A stretch of 64,000 nucleotides of DNA from Lytechinus pictus (Eukaryota). The notes beneath the pieces were generated by a model, which worked only from the letters and a program-made list of their open reading frames with translations, was not told the DNA's origin and did no database searches. Location of the stretch: the NCBI RefSeq assembly GCF_037042905.1, contig NC_087245.1, positions 25,236,001 through 25,300,000 on the forward strand, read 5' to 3'. The number at the start of each line of letters is the position of its first letter. Position 1 is the first letter of the stretch. The position numbers and the translations under genes were made by a program. Of the stretch, positions 13,501 through 27,823 are shown in pieces.

Positions 13501-16500
13501 CAATCCTACTGCCCATTGAATGACAGTCCTGAAAGAGGTTAACAATTGAATGGTAAATTTACAGTTGGGAGTACCATCAGAACAAGTGATACATTCTCTT
13601 ATCCTTTGCTTTTTAAAAAGTTACTTTCTATGTTCTGTTGCAGAGTTTATTGTATTGAGGTTATTGGGGACTGAAAAAAGGCACTGTTTCTAATCAGCTT
13701 TGGATGAAGAAGGGTATATACATGATCATTTTTGGGAGAGTAAATACGAGAGAGAGAAGGGGAGGGGGAGAGAGAGTGGAAGAAAGAAAGAGAAGAGGGG
13801 GGATGCAGAGATATATTGGAACAAAATTTGTCAGAAATTGTATTTACATTTATCAAAATCGTGTAGAAATTCAGATTCTACGTATAACAAATTTCCCACA
13901 AGATATGTTCTACCTTGTGAGATTCCTGTTTTAATCTTAAAGAACATATGTCTTCTGACATCGTACCTTAAAGTGTCCTCTAACATTCGGAGCTACAATA
14001 ACTTGAGCGATTGGTTTGCATCAGAAGTTGATGTGACATGTCTTTCTCCGATTCCTTGATACAAACACCCTTAGCCCATAACCTAAATGTCAGAAATAAC
14101 CAGGGCCTATCAGATACCCCCTTGCGAGATCAGGGAAATGGTAAACTGCTCTATTAAATGGGCCATCGTGAATAACCCCTATCCTGCACACGTGCATCAA
14201 CCGAGAAATCTGAATGCATCTTATTGTATTAGCCAGTGTTATAAATTTCATAAAACATCATGCATGCTTTGTATTGCAGTGTAGCTTTGTGTGAAGTACC
14301 ATCAAGTTGATCATTCAAGAGGAATTCAAAATATTTTCCGTTAATCATTTAGTTCTTTTTGTGTGGATTATAGTAGTATGTGCTGTCAGCTTGCAAGTGT
14401 TTTTTTTTTACTGATTTTGTTTTAAAAAGAAGACATTTTGCTCATTGTTGTGCTATATATGCCTCTGGCCTTTTAATGGAGATGCTGATGATGTCAAAGG
14501 TCATCATGTAATAAACTGACAAACCAGCTTCATTGGATCAGCATCAGGTGCTAAAATTTGAATTGGAGAGATGTTAACCCTATTTGATTATTCTTCTTGA
14601 TAAAAAATTGTAATAATATTCTTTCAATTCATCACATTGTTGACTCGGATGATGCCTTTTCCTCTTGCCATGGAAACTTGCAGGCCTACCTGTATGATTA
14701 TGTTTCATTCATGCTGTGATCAAAACAAGAATGAGGTTGCAACAGCAGGATTTATAGTAATCCACTTTGTGGAACCTATTTTTTTTTCCTTTGGTATACT
14801 TGTGCTCTGCAGGAGTGTCCATCTTATATGTTTGAAAGAAATCCATGCTCATCTCTCCCAGTTTTATTTAAAAAAAACATTTTTATAAAAATTGAATTCT
14901 TCCCTTCCAAGATCAAGTCTTCCTGACTTATTTAACAGTATAAATTTACACAGAGATCAGGAACTGCCACCTACCTCCAGAGATGAACTGACTCCAAGGT
15001 AGCCATCCCTTGTCTTAGCCCCAGGAAGAGGATTCTTTCCTCCTCCCTGAAGACTGCCCATCGGATCAACTTCTGGAAATACACTATCAAAATAATACTC
15101 TATTTAGAGATTAATAAGGCTTTGTCGGGGTATACTTGGTATTTTGAGAGAAGACAGTCATGCTCTCAAGCTATTGATGAAACGGTGACCATGACAGAAG
15201 GGAAGTTGGTGATTTTCTGGTAATTTTCTGGATCGGTATGGCAGCAGACCCCGGTGGTCAAGGGTTATTTCCATAATAGTTCCAATGGATGCCTGGTCAC
15301 GCAGGATTACAGCTTTAACCTGAACTCTGGGAGTGGGTGATTTTTGTGAAGTGTTGCGTTGCATTTGTGAGGGATGAAGCGTGTCGCTACTTAAAGTTGA
15401 GATGATGGATGTAATCCAGTTGTCATGGTTACTGGTCATGTGTACACATATATGCTTCTTTGGATGTCTGTGAATTTGTCATTTGAGGCTGGAGAAATAT
15501 AATTCAGGAAAACAAACATCTGTTCAATGAATAGGAATTTATTATTATGAACATTTTCCACTTGAGGGAACATAGGAGATGTTAAGATGAACCAGAGACT
15601 CAAGATTTGTTTTAAATATTTCCCGAAAAAGTTCTTCTAGTAAAGTTGTATGCAAAATAATTGCAAAAGGAATATCTTTAATTATGACCTTCAGTAGTGG
15701 AGAAAATATTTTCAAGCAGGAGATAATCAGTATTATTACAAACACTAAAATCTACGTAATAGATTGTGACCAAAGCTTGATGATTGCCAAATGAATGTAC
15801 TTAAAAAAATAAGTGAACTTTGCAGAGTGAAATCTAATATTCTGGTTAGAATTTCATCATCAGATTCTTTGGCTTGTCAATGAATAAATAGACACGGACT
15901 GTATGATCTGACTTTGTCAAAGATTTATCTGTTTTTCGGACATCATCAGTGGTTGAAATTTAATCTGAAGTCCCAAAACAAGCTCTGAATGTCAAGTAGT
16001 TTTGAGTGGAGACAGCTAGTCATTTTATTTGCATAATTGTCTGGAGGATAGTAGAGCCATCATCCATCATCCTCATGGCTCGGTTTCACTTTATATTGAA
16101 GATTGGTGATATTAATCATCCAAAGCAATCAAGCTTGCTGGAGGAATACTGACCATGGTCCCATATATCGCTAATCATGCTGGAGCTTTCCAAATCACTA
16201 TTTAGGTGCAGAGGTGAAATGATGTAGAGTAGTGCGGTTCTTGACTCATGCTATCTATGAATTGAATGACACAATATCTTTTATGATTGTGTTTGATATT
16301 AATAATGAGAGAAAAGTACCCAGAGAATGAGTGACTAATATGAAACTTTTTTTGTAGACTTGCAGCCCATCTCTCTTTTCATACTCTGTCCACTTCGATG
16401 TAAAGCATGGTGAAGAAGATGCCTGTTGGTGATTCATGTTGCATGCGATCATGAAGCCTTTCTAAACATTATCAGGATTTACTTTTAAACCGCAAAACAT

Positions 16501-19500
16501 TGGTGCGATGACAAGTGCAAAACTGAGAGGCGTAAGATACATTCAGCCAAAACCACATTGTTAAGGAATAAAAAAAAAGACATTCAGAGATATTCATGTT
16601 CAGTATGAAGGAGGAAGTCCCACGATTGACGTCTTGACGACACAGAAGTGGTGACAAAAGTTTGGAGGTGATATTGTGCAAATGATCCAAGTCCCAAGGG
16701 TCCCGTGGATGACGTTCACACCTATATGTTAAGTACAGCAGCGGAACAAGATGTGATCAAAATTCTAAACTTAGTTCCAGGGGAAAATTCTAAAGGAACA
16801 CGTTTCTGAGCATTTATTTAGTATGGGAAATGCTGAATATACAGTGTAGAAAGAGGGCTGTAGAAAAGATACGTATGTGATATAAACAAAACATTTGGTG
16901 ATTCTTAAATATTTGCAAGAAATGCCTGCAATACCGTATATGCCAAATGAATGACTCACAGCAATTGCTATTCATGGATCTATCATTAAGTAATCCAATT
17001 AAAGGATTTATTAATGAAGTTTATTAATAGTCTGTGTCATTCTCAAAACACATGAATGTTGTCATTGTACAACATGTTTTGAATTAGAAGGGAAAAAAGG
17101 TGTCTATTTTAAAGCAGCTTTTCAATCTTGAGACGTCAGCTCGATTATGAAGAGAAAACCATAAAAAGCTTATTTTTTTTTCAAATTACAAAGTAACCCC
17201 CCCCTAAAGGTGGATAATACCTTTGCAAGGGGTTACATTTTTTGTCAGCATTGTCATCGGACCCTTGTCCTTGCGTTGATCTGTTAATCATGCAGATTCT
17301 GACTGCTATGTCCTGCAATGAGCATTAGAATCCTTGTGGATTCCTTGGACAATCACACAAAGACAGGATATTACTTAAACCTCTATGAGTTTTTCAAGAG
17401 GGTCTAATATACTATTAATCCTTGCTTTCTGACTAACGGCGATGATTGTTCTTTGTGAATACTTGTAGAAAAGTGTTTGTAGGTATCGTTTTCCTGAAGA
17501 TCATTGTGATTGCTGGATTAAATTTCTCAGTTTATGAAGATCTCTCTCGTTGACTTTGGCAACATATTAGATTTTTTCACCTGAAAGAATAGATTTGAAT
17601 GTTTGAGTGCTCACCTATCTTCACTTATGCAGTTTCCTATAAAATGAGACTCTTTCTCATTCAAAATGGAACGAATGTTATTTATTCCATTATGAGAGAT
17701 ATGTGTTGGAGGTTGGATTTGACACTGAAAATATTACTGGACATTACTTTATTATTTTACTGGAGGTTATTTTATAAACATTAGTCTGCAATGGCTTGAA
17801 TAGTAGGATCATCACCATCAATCATGGAGGAATTTTCTCACTTGTGGTCAAATCCGTGATATTTTACTCAATCATGGTTGTTTGATAACACTCACTGTGT
17901 CTTATTGTCAAATGTGGACAAACTGACATTAAAAAAATGGCTGGAACATCAGGAACAACATCATCTTGGAACCATTTTATCCAACTTTTTGTCAAAAGAA
18001 GTTGATTGCATTTTTTCTCGTAACCATGGTTCCTTTTGTAACTGCTAGTGTCTGCATGGCGTATGCCATTTTTCTTGGCATATGGCTGTGGCTCTGTTTA
18101 CTCATGCGACAGTTGTGGGGCACTAACTCTGGTAGGTATATGTTCAGGGTTTTATGAACAATAAATAAATCTTATAGTTTTCAATTGTTATCAGTATTAT
18201 TTTTTTTTTTTGGGGGGGTTGGGGAAAGAGGGGGGGGGGGCTTGAGGGAGAAGGGGGTTGGGGAGGAAAATTGCTAGAGAGCTGGAGGATAAAAGGGGAG
18301 GGCTAAGGGGAAGATATTTGTTACATGTTTTTATGTGGATGCTTCCATTTTATGCTATAAATGTAGAGTATATATATTTTTTAATACTAATGTACATGTA
18401 GTAGCACAGACATGGATTAGTTGCACGTTTTATCAAAGATCTTAATGTTACATTTATGATTTATATATAAATGAATTATTCTATAATGAAGCCATACATT
18501 TACTTGAAACTCAGTAAAAAAAAAAAACACAATTCGATGAACCTGATTCACCTTCATGATTAAGAGAAAAAAAGGAATGACTTAGCGTTTAGACTCAAGT
18601 CTCTGAAATTTTTAATATACATGTACAGTGTATGGATCTGTTTGAAAATGCAATAAACATATTTTATTATGTTTAATGTATCTTTATTATCAGATCGCAT
18701 ATTGTGTGCCTAAAGTACTTTAGAATATGATAATATTGTATTCTGATGTACTGCAATGCACATAAATCTTGTATAATTCTTTTCATGTCAAATTTCCAAA
18801 TGTTATTAGCATTGTGCGGTACATGTGCCCGAAGGGGTTAGCTTATTGAATTATTATAAATATAAGGGGACAAAAACCATTTTGAATAATTGGTGCATGA
18901 TTGCAATTGTTGAAAAGAGCTATTACCTGATGATCTTCATGTTAATACCCTGAATTGCTTTGCATCATACTGTATTACTTCCCAACCAAAATAAAGTTGC
19001 CTATTGGCAATGTCGCTGCTGAAGTCCCTACTCGGAGTAGAGGGGAACGTCCGCTACTTGATACTATTTATCACGAGATGGTTCCCCCCTCTCTGTTGAC
19101 ATGGCGCCTTCCGGCTCCCAGGGTTACATTTGTATAGGCTAATGTTTCTTGGTGTTAACATGGAGCTGAATGTTCTAGTTTATCGCAAAGCAGTTGGAAA
19201 GTGTTCCAGAGATTGAGGAGCCCTTAACATACTTTTTTATTGATTTGTTTGTAATGTAATTCAAATTAAATGAAACCTGATTTTTTTTTTACATTTGATA
19301 TTTAAATGAAATTTGTTACATGGGTGCTAAATCCAACTAAGAACTGAGTGAGAATGTTTACATTCCTAGATACTAAATCCACTCAAAAATGAGTGAAATT
19401 TACCATCAAGTTCATTGAGATGAAATTTACTGAGAGATTTTTTTTCTATTTGGAAATATGATTCCCCCTCATAGAAGGACCTGTACGTTTTGAGTAACTA

Positions 19501-21420
19501 TTGATGTTGCATCAAAGGAGTGATAATTTTTAACTCAAATTTCATTCAAAATTTATTCTTAATTTATCCATAATTCCAAATCAATTTCTTGAAGAATGCT
19601 CATTTTTTCTATTCTCTCTCTTATGTGTTTGGTCATATAATTTGAAACGGATATTTCACCACCCATTGAGGCAATGACCAAGCAATATGAAAACCTTTCT
19701 TTTTGATTTATGACGCCTGATGGTGTAACGATAACTAATAATTTTAGGCAAATTTCCTTTTTTGTGGTCTTATAGAGAAGCTATATTTTTCTGATCTTTT
19801 CCTGTTTGTTGGCTCCAAGGCGGAAATATTAATTTTGAAAGTTTTGTCAAATTATTCTGCATCACCACATACATATATTGCAGTTGCTTCATTTTGGGTC
19901 TCAAATGTTTATATAAGTTAGTTCTTTATATTAATTTATGTGAAATGATCTATTGATTTACTATCCTTATGATATTAGTCATTATTGCCTAAGACAGTTG
20001 ATCGTTCCATGGACACAGACCATTGCCCTACATGACATGCTGGACTGTTTTGTGATTGATTTAGCCCCTTTCCTATCAATTTTTTCTTCTCTTTGTTTAT
20101 TTTGTCTATTTAGATCTTGAGGTTCCAGACCCCTCTGAACTGAAGTGGCAAACCACGCCTCTGTCTCATGGTACTCTGCCAGGAGAGGGCGTCCTATATT
20201 CTGACAATTCTCAGGGGAGCAGACCCATAAGGTATGTATGCCAGATGCTGAGAGCCAGAAGGTTGTTAGCATTTCGTAGTCCATCCTTTATCCCCCAGTA
20301 AACTTTTTATTCCCCAGTATACTTTGTATTCCTGCTTCAGGTTTCCCCAAATCAAATTGTAAATTGGATGGAAATATGAAAATAATTATTTTCAAAGAAA
20401 TCTTACAATATCCTGAGTTCATTAACCGCCGTTAGAAAAATTAAATAGGTTTCGCACTGGCCCCTTCACTATATCTAGAGTTCTCTTGGTAGTGCCTTTC
20501 AACTAATGATCTTCAAAATGAATTGTAAAGTGTATGTTGTACTTAAAATATGTATACAAAGTCAAAGATATTGAACATCTCTAAGTTAATGAAAAAATTA
20601 TGGCAATTAAAACTTGGGATTGGGCCTGCACCACTGCAAAAATTGATCAGGCAGCTTCCAGGGTTGTACCTTTGTGGCCCCATAGAGAAATTTGATAGTA
20701 TCAATACTTTTGCGTGACACGATTTGCGTAGAATTCCACCCTGGTGGAACCCCTAAGCTCCTTTTGCTTTGGGTATCAGGTGGGGCTAACCCTGGTTTAA
20801 CACATTAACATTGATCATTTTCACGCCCTTTGCTGTGTATAATGTCAGCTCATGATCTCCTTGGCTTTGAGTTGGTAAATATGTGGAGGACGGTGGCAAT
20901 TGCAATTTTGACCTTTGAGTGATTTCATTTCATATATATTCATTGGTCTGTAGGAAATGACTTGCATCTCAGGATCAATGTTCTATTCGGGTATTAACTT
21001 GGTGTACAGTGTAATATAAACAGATATTGTACATTACAAATGTGATTAAAACAAATAATGCACTTGTCATGTTGGCCCTGTTATTATTCATCTGACATTT
21101 ATGTTCCATACTTTATTCTTAACTATCATTTCTGAATTTGAATTGTATTGCAATGTTTAATTACAATATTTAATTGGTTGATTGGACTGCCTTGTTTACA
21201 TTAGTCATCTTGATGAGGTAGAAAAATGAAAATCTTTGTCAGATTTTCACTATATAAGGCTTGTAAACCATGGATAGTATCCCTAAATTAGACCCCAAAA
21301 TGGCCAATCTGGAATAAAATTATTGGAAATGGTTTTTTAACTGATTTGAGTAGGTATGGGTGTCAACATTTACAAAAAAAAAGTAAGGAGGAATACGGGT
21401 TGGGGAAAGTGGTTTTTTTC

Positions 21421-21741
21421 AAGGTCAAAGGTCAATGACCTTTTCATATATACTGTATAATGGTATCTCTGAGATGGAAAGGCGCAGGTTGGTGATAATG
21501 GTGTCAAAATGCACAAATTCTTACCAGAATATAAAATAAAATAGAATTAATTACCTAGAATGCACATTCACCGATAAAATTCAAGGTCAAAGCCTTTCAA
21601 AGGTCAATGACCTTTTTTTAACATTATATACCATACCGTATAATGGTATCTCTGAGATTATAAGGTACAGGGTGGTGATCATGGTGTCAAAATGTACAGA
21701 TTCTTACCAGAAGATCAAATAAAATAAAATTAAGTACCTAG
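21421..21741. repeat. Two diverged tandem ~175-bp units (satellite or Helentron-core-like)
   Basis: aaggtcaatgacctttt...tataatggtatctctgagat...ggtgat..tggtgtcaaaatg..ca.attcttaccagaa...tacctag occurs at ~21428-21558 and 21601-21741. Confidence 0.8.
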
Positions 21742-21992
21742 GAGGAGGTTTAAATATCCCCATCTATGTTTTTCATCTTGAGAATTTGATTTTATTTGAT
21801 TTTATTTATTCTCATATTTCACAAACAAAATAAAATATCAACACAAATACAAGAAAATACATTTTATTATAATAACACAGAATACTGTGTGGCAAAGTAA
21901 TTCAGTATAGCCAAGAATGACTGTAGATTATAACAATGAAAACAAAGAGTGTGAAATAGACAGGAACCTGCATAGAAAGAATTAGCATATAA

Positions 21993-22655
21993 TACCCCTT
22001 TCATATTGAGCTTTTCACCGGCGAACTTCACCGGCGAAGTTCGCCAGCGAAGGGGAAAGTGTCCAGTATGAAAGGTACACAGGAGAACTTCACCGGTGAA
22101 CTTCTCCACCTCTAGAGGTGGAGAACTTCGCCGGCGAAACTGTTTCACCGGTGAAGTTCGCCGGTGAAAAGGCCAGTATGAAAGCAAACCGGAGAACTTC
22201 TCCTCTTTAATGACGTCAGAGTTCAATTTTTTCTCTCCCGAAGTCCCCTGTACCGAGATTCCGCGCGCGATAGTTGCAAGCTCAGCTGAATGCTATGGCC
22301 AAGTAGATACCCTCGAACATAATTTTTTTTTTTACTAACAATATTTATTAAAAAGCAATTTTTACATGTATAAAATGCGCTAAAATATAAAAACAAGGTG
22401 ATAAATGTTTATTTTTCTCGTAATACTTCCAAAATATGTTGTAATTATTTTTATACCTTTTGTAATAGGTAAGAAGTAATGTTTACAATTTTCTTTCGTT
22501 TGTTCTGCAATCGCCCGTTGACTTTCGCCGGGGAAGAAATTTCAGTGCGAAAGGGTACATTTTTTTCTTCGCCGGGGAAGTGAGGAATGCGAGGCGGAGA
22601 AGTTCGCCGGTGAAGTTCGCCGGTGAAAAATGAAGAGGGCAGTTTGAAAGGGGTA
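21993..22655. mobile_element. Harbinger-like MITE (663 bp) with GC-rich palindromic subterminal arrays
   Basis: TIRs TACCCCTTTCA / TGAAAGGGGTA, flanks TAA and TTA, and many copies of GAACTTC[AG]CCGG[CT]GAAGTTC-type palindromes at both ends. The TACCC terminus is shared with 28317. Confidence 0.85.
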
Positions 22656-23898
22656 TTAGCACACATTATCCATGTTTAAAGTACCCCCCCCAAAAAAAAA
22701 TATATATATCCTGTGTAGTTGGATCAGATTCAGTTTGCACACATGCTTTAAAAAAACATAGGAGCGGGTTTAAACTTCCATTGTTTTGTCCGAAGGCTTT
22801 GGAACTGCATTGAATGTAACTATCAAACACAAAGAGTCAAAGCAAGGCAATGTCCCATTTTTTGTAGGTGATTTTTTTCATTTTTCTTGAATCATCACTC
22901 GCTCTTTCCAGGACACAATTTATAATGAATTCATGGAACTGATTAACTCGTGAGTAGAAAGCTCATGCATTTTATATTTTGATGTATTAAACATGTCAAT
23001 TCCACACATGAACTATGTTCATTATGTTAAAAAAAACACTATAGAATATACAACAGTACTGACCACACTTTTAATACGTGCAGTCAATCAAACTGTTATA
23101 TTTTGCATCTATGTACACAGTCAATGCTGGCAAATAGTTTGCTGAACTTCTTTTTTTTGCATATTGAGATGTTAAGTTCTTTATGGAGTAGCTACAATAC
23201 ACATTTCCAGTTGGATAGGTGTATTCTATCAACATTTCAATATTGCGTCCACAGGACAGAAATATTATTTTCTTAGAAGAGGCTTCTTTTGTTACTTACC
23301 GGTATTCTGGACCTAGAAGCCACTTTCTTATGTTTATCTCATCCATACTGTCATTAATTAACTTGATTCTAATCCCTTTTTTTAAATTCCAGTTTTGCTG
23401 CTCCTGCAGTAAGCCCAGTGGACTGGTCTGGAGGGAACTCTTTTAATTCTGTCCACCCTCGGGATCAAACTCCAGATTCAGACATGTCCACTAGAGGTGA
23501 TAGATCAGGTAAACCTTTAGCAACATGTCATATTATTCAGTGAGATTGGGATTTATTTTGTTATTATACTACATTTATGTTGTACTATGGAAACTGGGAA
23601 AGGCAAGAACCAAGGCAATTCTAGTCTTGCTTATCCTATGCTGGTCTTCAGTTGCCAGTGGTGTTTTTAATGATTTATTTGCAAAATGTTGCTCATGTTA
23701 TGCTTTTGTCCATCTTGCATAGTCCTGCAATGTTAGAATTAGGATAATTAGTTGTAAAGATCATAATTATTGTTCAATGGTGTAATTTCTTAAATTGAAA
23801 CTAATCAATAACATATGAATGCATAAAATAGATCGATCCTGCATCCCCATTTGTGCTCCTAATGTTTTGATACAAACTAAATAATGTCTTTTTGTAAA

Positions 23899-24072
23899 CA
23901 GGGGTGTGAGAGTTCAGATTTTTATCTGATTTCAGATTTTGTTAGTTTTGATTTTCAGCTTATTTTTGGCTTTCCTCTGTACAAAAAGTATGGGAGCTCT
24001 TTCTATTTCAGACTTTTTCTACAAGTTTCAGCTTTTTTCAGATCTTTTTATTTGTGACCACTCATACCCTTG
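23899..24072. mobile_element. Short MITE (~170 bp) with CAGGGG termini and 6-bp TSD, copy 1
   Basis: CAGGGGTGTGAGAG...CACTCATACCCTTG, flanks TGTAAA/TCTAAA (5/6 match), and homology along its length to 51332-51494. Confidence 0.8.
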
Positions 24073-27000
24073 TCTAAAAGAGAATGTAAAATGTTAAACT
24101 TCAAATGACTGCACAGCTGAAGTCTAGTAGACACTGAGGGGCAAAGAAGTTTTGTTTAAACTTTATGGCTCCTTCCAAGTGGTGACTAGTCCAAGAGAGG
24201 ATACTTAGTATAATTCTTTATTTCAAAGCCCCTTGATAATGTAGTATCTCTAATGTATACTGAACTCTTATAGAATTTTAATGCTTTAGTTTTGTTTTGT
24301 AGTACATGTAAAAAAATAATCTTGGAGGGAAGGTAATTGAAGGTAATTATTGATACCAAATTAGATTGATTTTGGTTTCATATCATATTGCCGTGGGAGA
24401 GATAAATGTATTTTATGTGATCTGAGCCATGTAACATGAATGATGCAATCAGTTGTTCAATTAACTATAACTGTATGTATATGGTTTACCATTTATATAT
24501 AAAAACAGTTACAGTTAATTTTAGGACTTACAGATAAGTTTGTAAGAGTGTGAAAGCTGGAGTGAAAATGGTGAATTGTGAACTAAGAGGAGTGAGTGGA
24601 AAATATATAGAAAGTTAATCCATTGGAGATTGAGTCAGCATATTTGAGGGCCGGAGTCTATGGAGAATATGTTTTATAGTGAAATCTTTCAGTCTCAATT
24701 GGGTTAAATGGAGAGACTGGAGTTAAATTGAGGAATGAGAGGTAGGGAAGAGCAAAGGCAGGGAGATGGGATGAGGGAGAGAGTGGGGGGGGGGGGGAGG
24801 TTTTTGACAGTTGAAGGAATGAAAAAAATAGCAAGTAATATATCGAGTAAACATAAATGAATGAATGCTCATCAAACATTACTCCACATATTCTTATTCC
24901 ATAAATTCTTTCAATTAGATTGCACCGATTTCTCTCGGTTAACGAGATTGATGACATGTGTGGATGTCTGTGGGTGGGTTTCTAAATGGAGAAACAAGCA
25001 GATGACAAATGATGACAATGATATAGATGCAGACAACCTTTCTGAGTACATCAATTCCTTCTTGAAATTGGGTTAGGATTATTAATAGATGAACAGAAAC
25101 AGGTGCCACTAGAGAATATATTTATGATGCCTTTTTGTAACTTTGTCAAATTCTAGTCCAGAGGCTTCTCAAGGGGCCTCTTGGAAATATGATTATCAGT
25201 CATTTTCCTCTGCTTCTTTCAACAGTAAGTGTTTTTTTTATTTGAAATTTAGAGTTGAAATTTTCAACCATTTGCAAATGAATTCTTGCAGCATCCCCTA
25301 AGAACGTAGTGTATAGCGTGCATTATTTTGAGTTGGCACCTGTTTCTTGGACTGCTGAACCTATGTATAAAGCATACTTGTTCTGTGTTTTACAAAATCA
25401 AAGTGATGCTCCTTATGTCCTGCGGAAAGTCTTGGCACATATGTCATTTTTTTAAGGTGTCTTGCACAGCTATTTTTGAGATTTAAAATTTTCTTGTTAT
25501 AATGGTTGAAGACACTCTCTTCATAATCCAAAGTTCACCCAAAAATGCTAACCTATCACATCAATACAATCCACCATGAATCTCCTTTCTGTCAGTCAAT
25601 ATCCCAGTTGTTTCTTTCTCCCTTCCTGATCATCTGTAATTATTCAGGTCATCGTCAACAGTGAGCACCTCGTTAACTTTCACCTCAATAAATTTGACAG
25701 ACATTTGACCTACTTAAAACCCATATCTGACGTATTCTATTTATCCCAGTACATCCTGACTGTCATGATTGTCGAGCCTCTAGGCGGGGTTATTTTGCAG
25801 TGAGCATTGATTGTCATTATTTAACTCAAGTTCAACAAATTTCCATAGATTTTTGGTAAATCCTTAAATTCTTGTATGGATGAGATGGCTGTTGTAAATC
25901 AAGTGTTTGGTGGCTGGATGGGCAAACGTTTCATGCCACCAGTCATGATTTACACAACATTAAACCTTTGTCACAAATTTGGCAACTCACTATTAATTAG
26001 ATAAATGAATTTCTCGAGTTAAATTTATGTTGTTGCTTTATGATCAAGAATTTTACAGTAATGCTGAAAAGGATATTCCTAATAATCATATTCTTATTAA
26101 TTTTCAAAGAAAGTGTATTTACATGTACATTTGAAAATGGCAAGTCTTGGAATTATGCTCTCTCAGGCAGAAAATTACATGGGGCAATGCCAATCAGTCC
26201 CCAAATTTGATGTTTGTTTCTTCATTTCATTAATTAATTGATTAATGAATTGATTAATTATATGTTTATACATTTGTGTGTTCATTTATTTTTTAAATCT
26301 ATTTCTTTATCCATTAATTAATCTTGTATCCAGGCTGGGCATATCTACTTATTTTCAGGCCATAAAAAACACACTTTTATGGGTACAAATTGGTGCGTTC
26401 TAGATATTTTCAGACATTGTAAAAAAACCAATGATGTTATTTTCAAGGAGTGACTGGTATGTATTTGTCATTGCACTTCATATTTGATTATTTTGACTTT
26501 AGTTGTTTTGCCATTTAGATAGGAGTGGCAATCCATGCCTTCCGGTGTTTATCTGTTAGTCCAGTCAATCTAAAGTCCAAATGGTGGGTCAGTGTCAAAT
26601 CCAGCTTCCTATGGCCTTTACCCTTAACACAACGAAAAAAAAAATGTGCCGTTTAACCACAATCATATCTAGAGGGGTGATGATTCACAGGTAGGCCTAT
26701 TGATCACTTTATGAAAAGCAGAATTGTGTTACCATTATTAAATTATTTAACATTATTGAATAATATTGCAAATCACATTTGTTCTATAAGCCATCTTATA
26801 GTCTTTACAAATGTTGGTAAAGTTCAGCAATTGCAACTGCTGTCACTCCACCTCTATAACTTGTTGGACAAGGTATCAAACCAAAAGTATGAAATGACAG
26901 TGACTTAGTATTTATCAAAAAAATCAAACTCTTTGCAAAAATGTGGATGCATCTGATTTCTTCTTTAATGTTCGTATAATGCATCTCTTGTGTAATGCCC

Positions 27001-27823
27001 GGCTAAAGCGTAAAAGGCAAACATTAATGGTATGAATTACATTAGCTGGAAGATTGAATGTTTCCAAATCAAGCAAATCTTACAATTTTATAACAGATGT
27101 CCCAACTGGATACAGGACGCTTATTTGGGTTGAACTGAACAATCATAAGACCTGCTCAAAATCCAGACTTAGATTTTTTGAGAACTTTGACAACCAAAAT
27201 AGTTGTGAGAGTTTGGTCAAATTTAGTGTGCTGTCCAAATTTGTATTGCATTGATCCAATGGGCTCGCATGATGACAGAATGTGATGTACAAGTAAACAA
27301 GCCCTCTTTGAAATTCTGTACAATTCGATATCTCCATGGTGTGCAACTTTTTGGTCCCTTTAATATCTCCAGGCACTGCCTTGATTAATACAGTACAGCA
27401 GGAGACTATTAGGTACAGTGCTAAAAACCTTCACAGTGAGAACATGTGTATCCTTTGGTGTTGACGAATGCTGTATATCAATGACCTCGTTGAGAAGGGG
27501 TTCCACCCTTCCTGAGCCGTAGCAGCCATCTTTACCAAGACTTCAAGGAGGAAGTCCATCCTAATCTGAATTTAAATCACTAATCTCAAACACACTTTGA
27601 CAAGTCAGTCGCATCTTTATCTAGGAAACTGTCGACCCCTTCGTTGCACACCATGCTAAAATTAGCTGTAAGACGAGCCTAGGAAGAGAAGGTGTCAGGA
27701 TGTGTTTTGGTCAATTGGGGATGGGAAGTTTTTAATGTGTTGATTGCATGATATAAATTGCGAAGTAGAAGAAATTGTTGGTAAATTCTAGGGTGTATTA
27801 ATGAGATAAACCAGTTTTATTAA

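Noticed and set aside
21867..22666. ORFs of 119 and 71 aa as a possible transposase
   Set aside because: They are read-through of palindromic MITE repeats, with no DDE or other domain signature.
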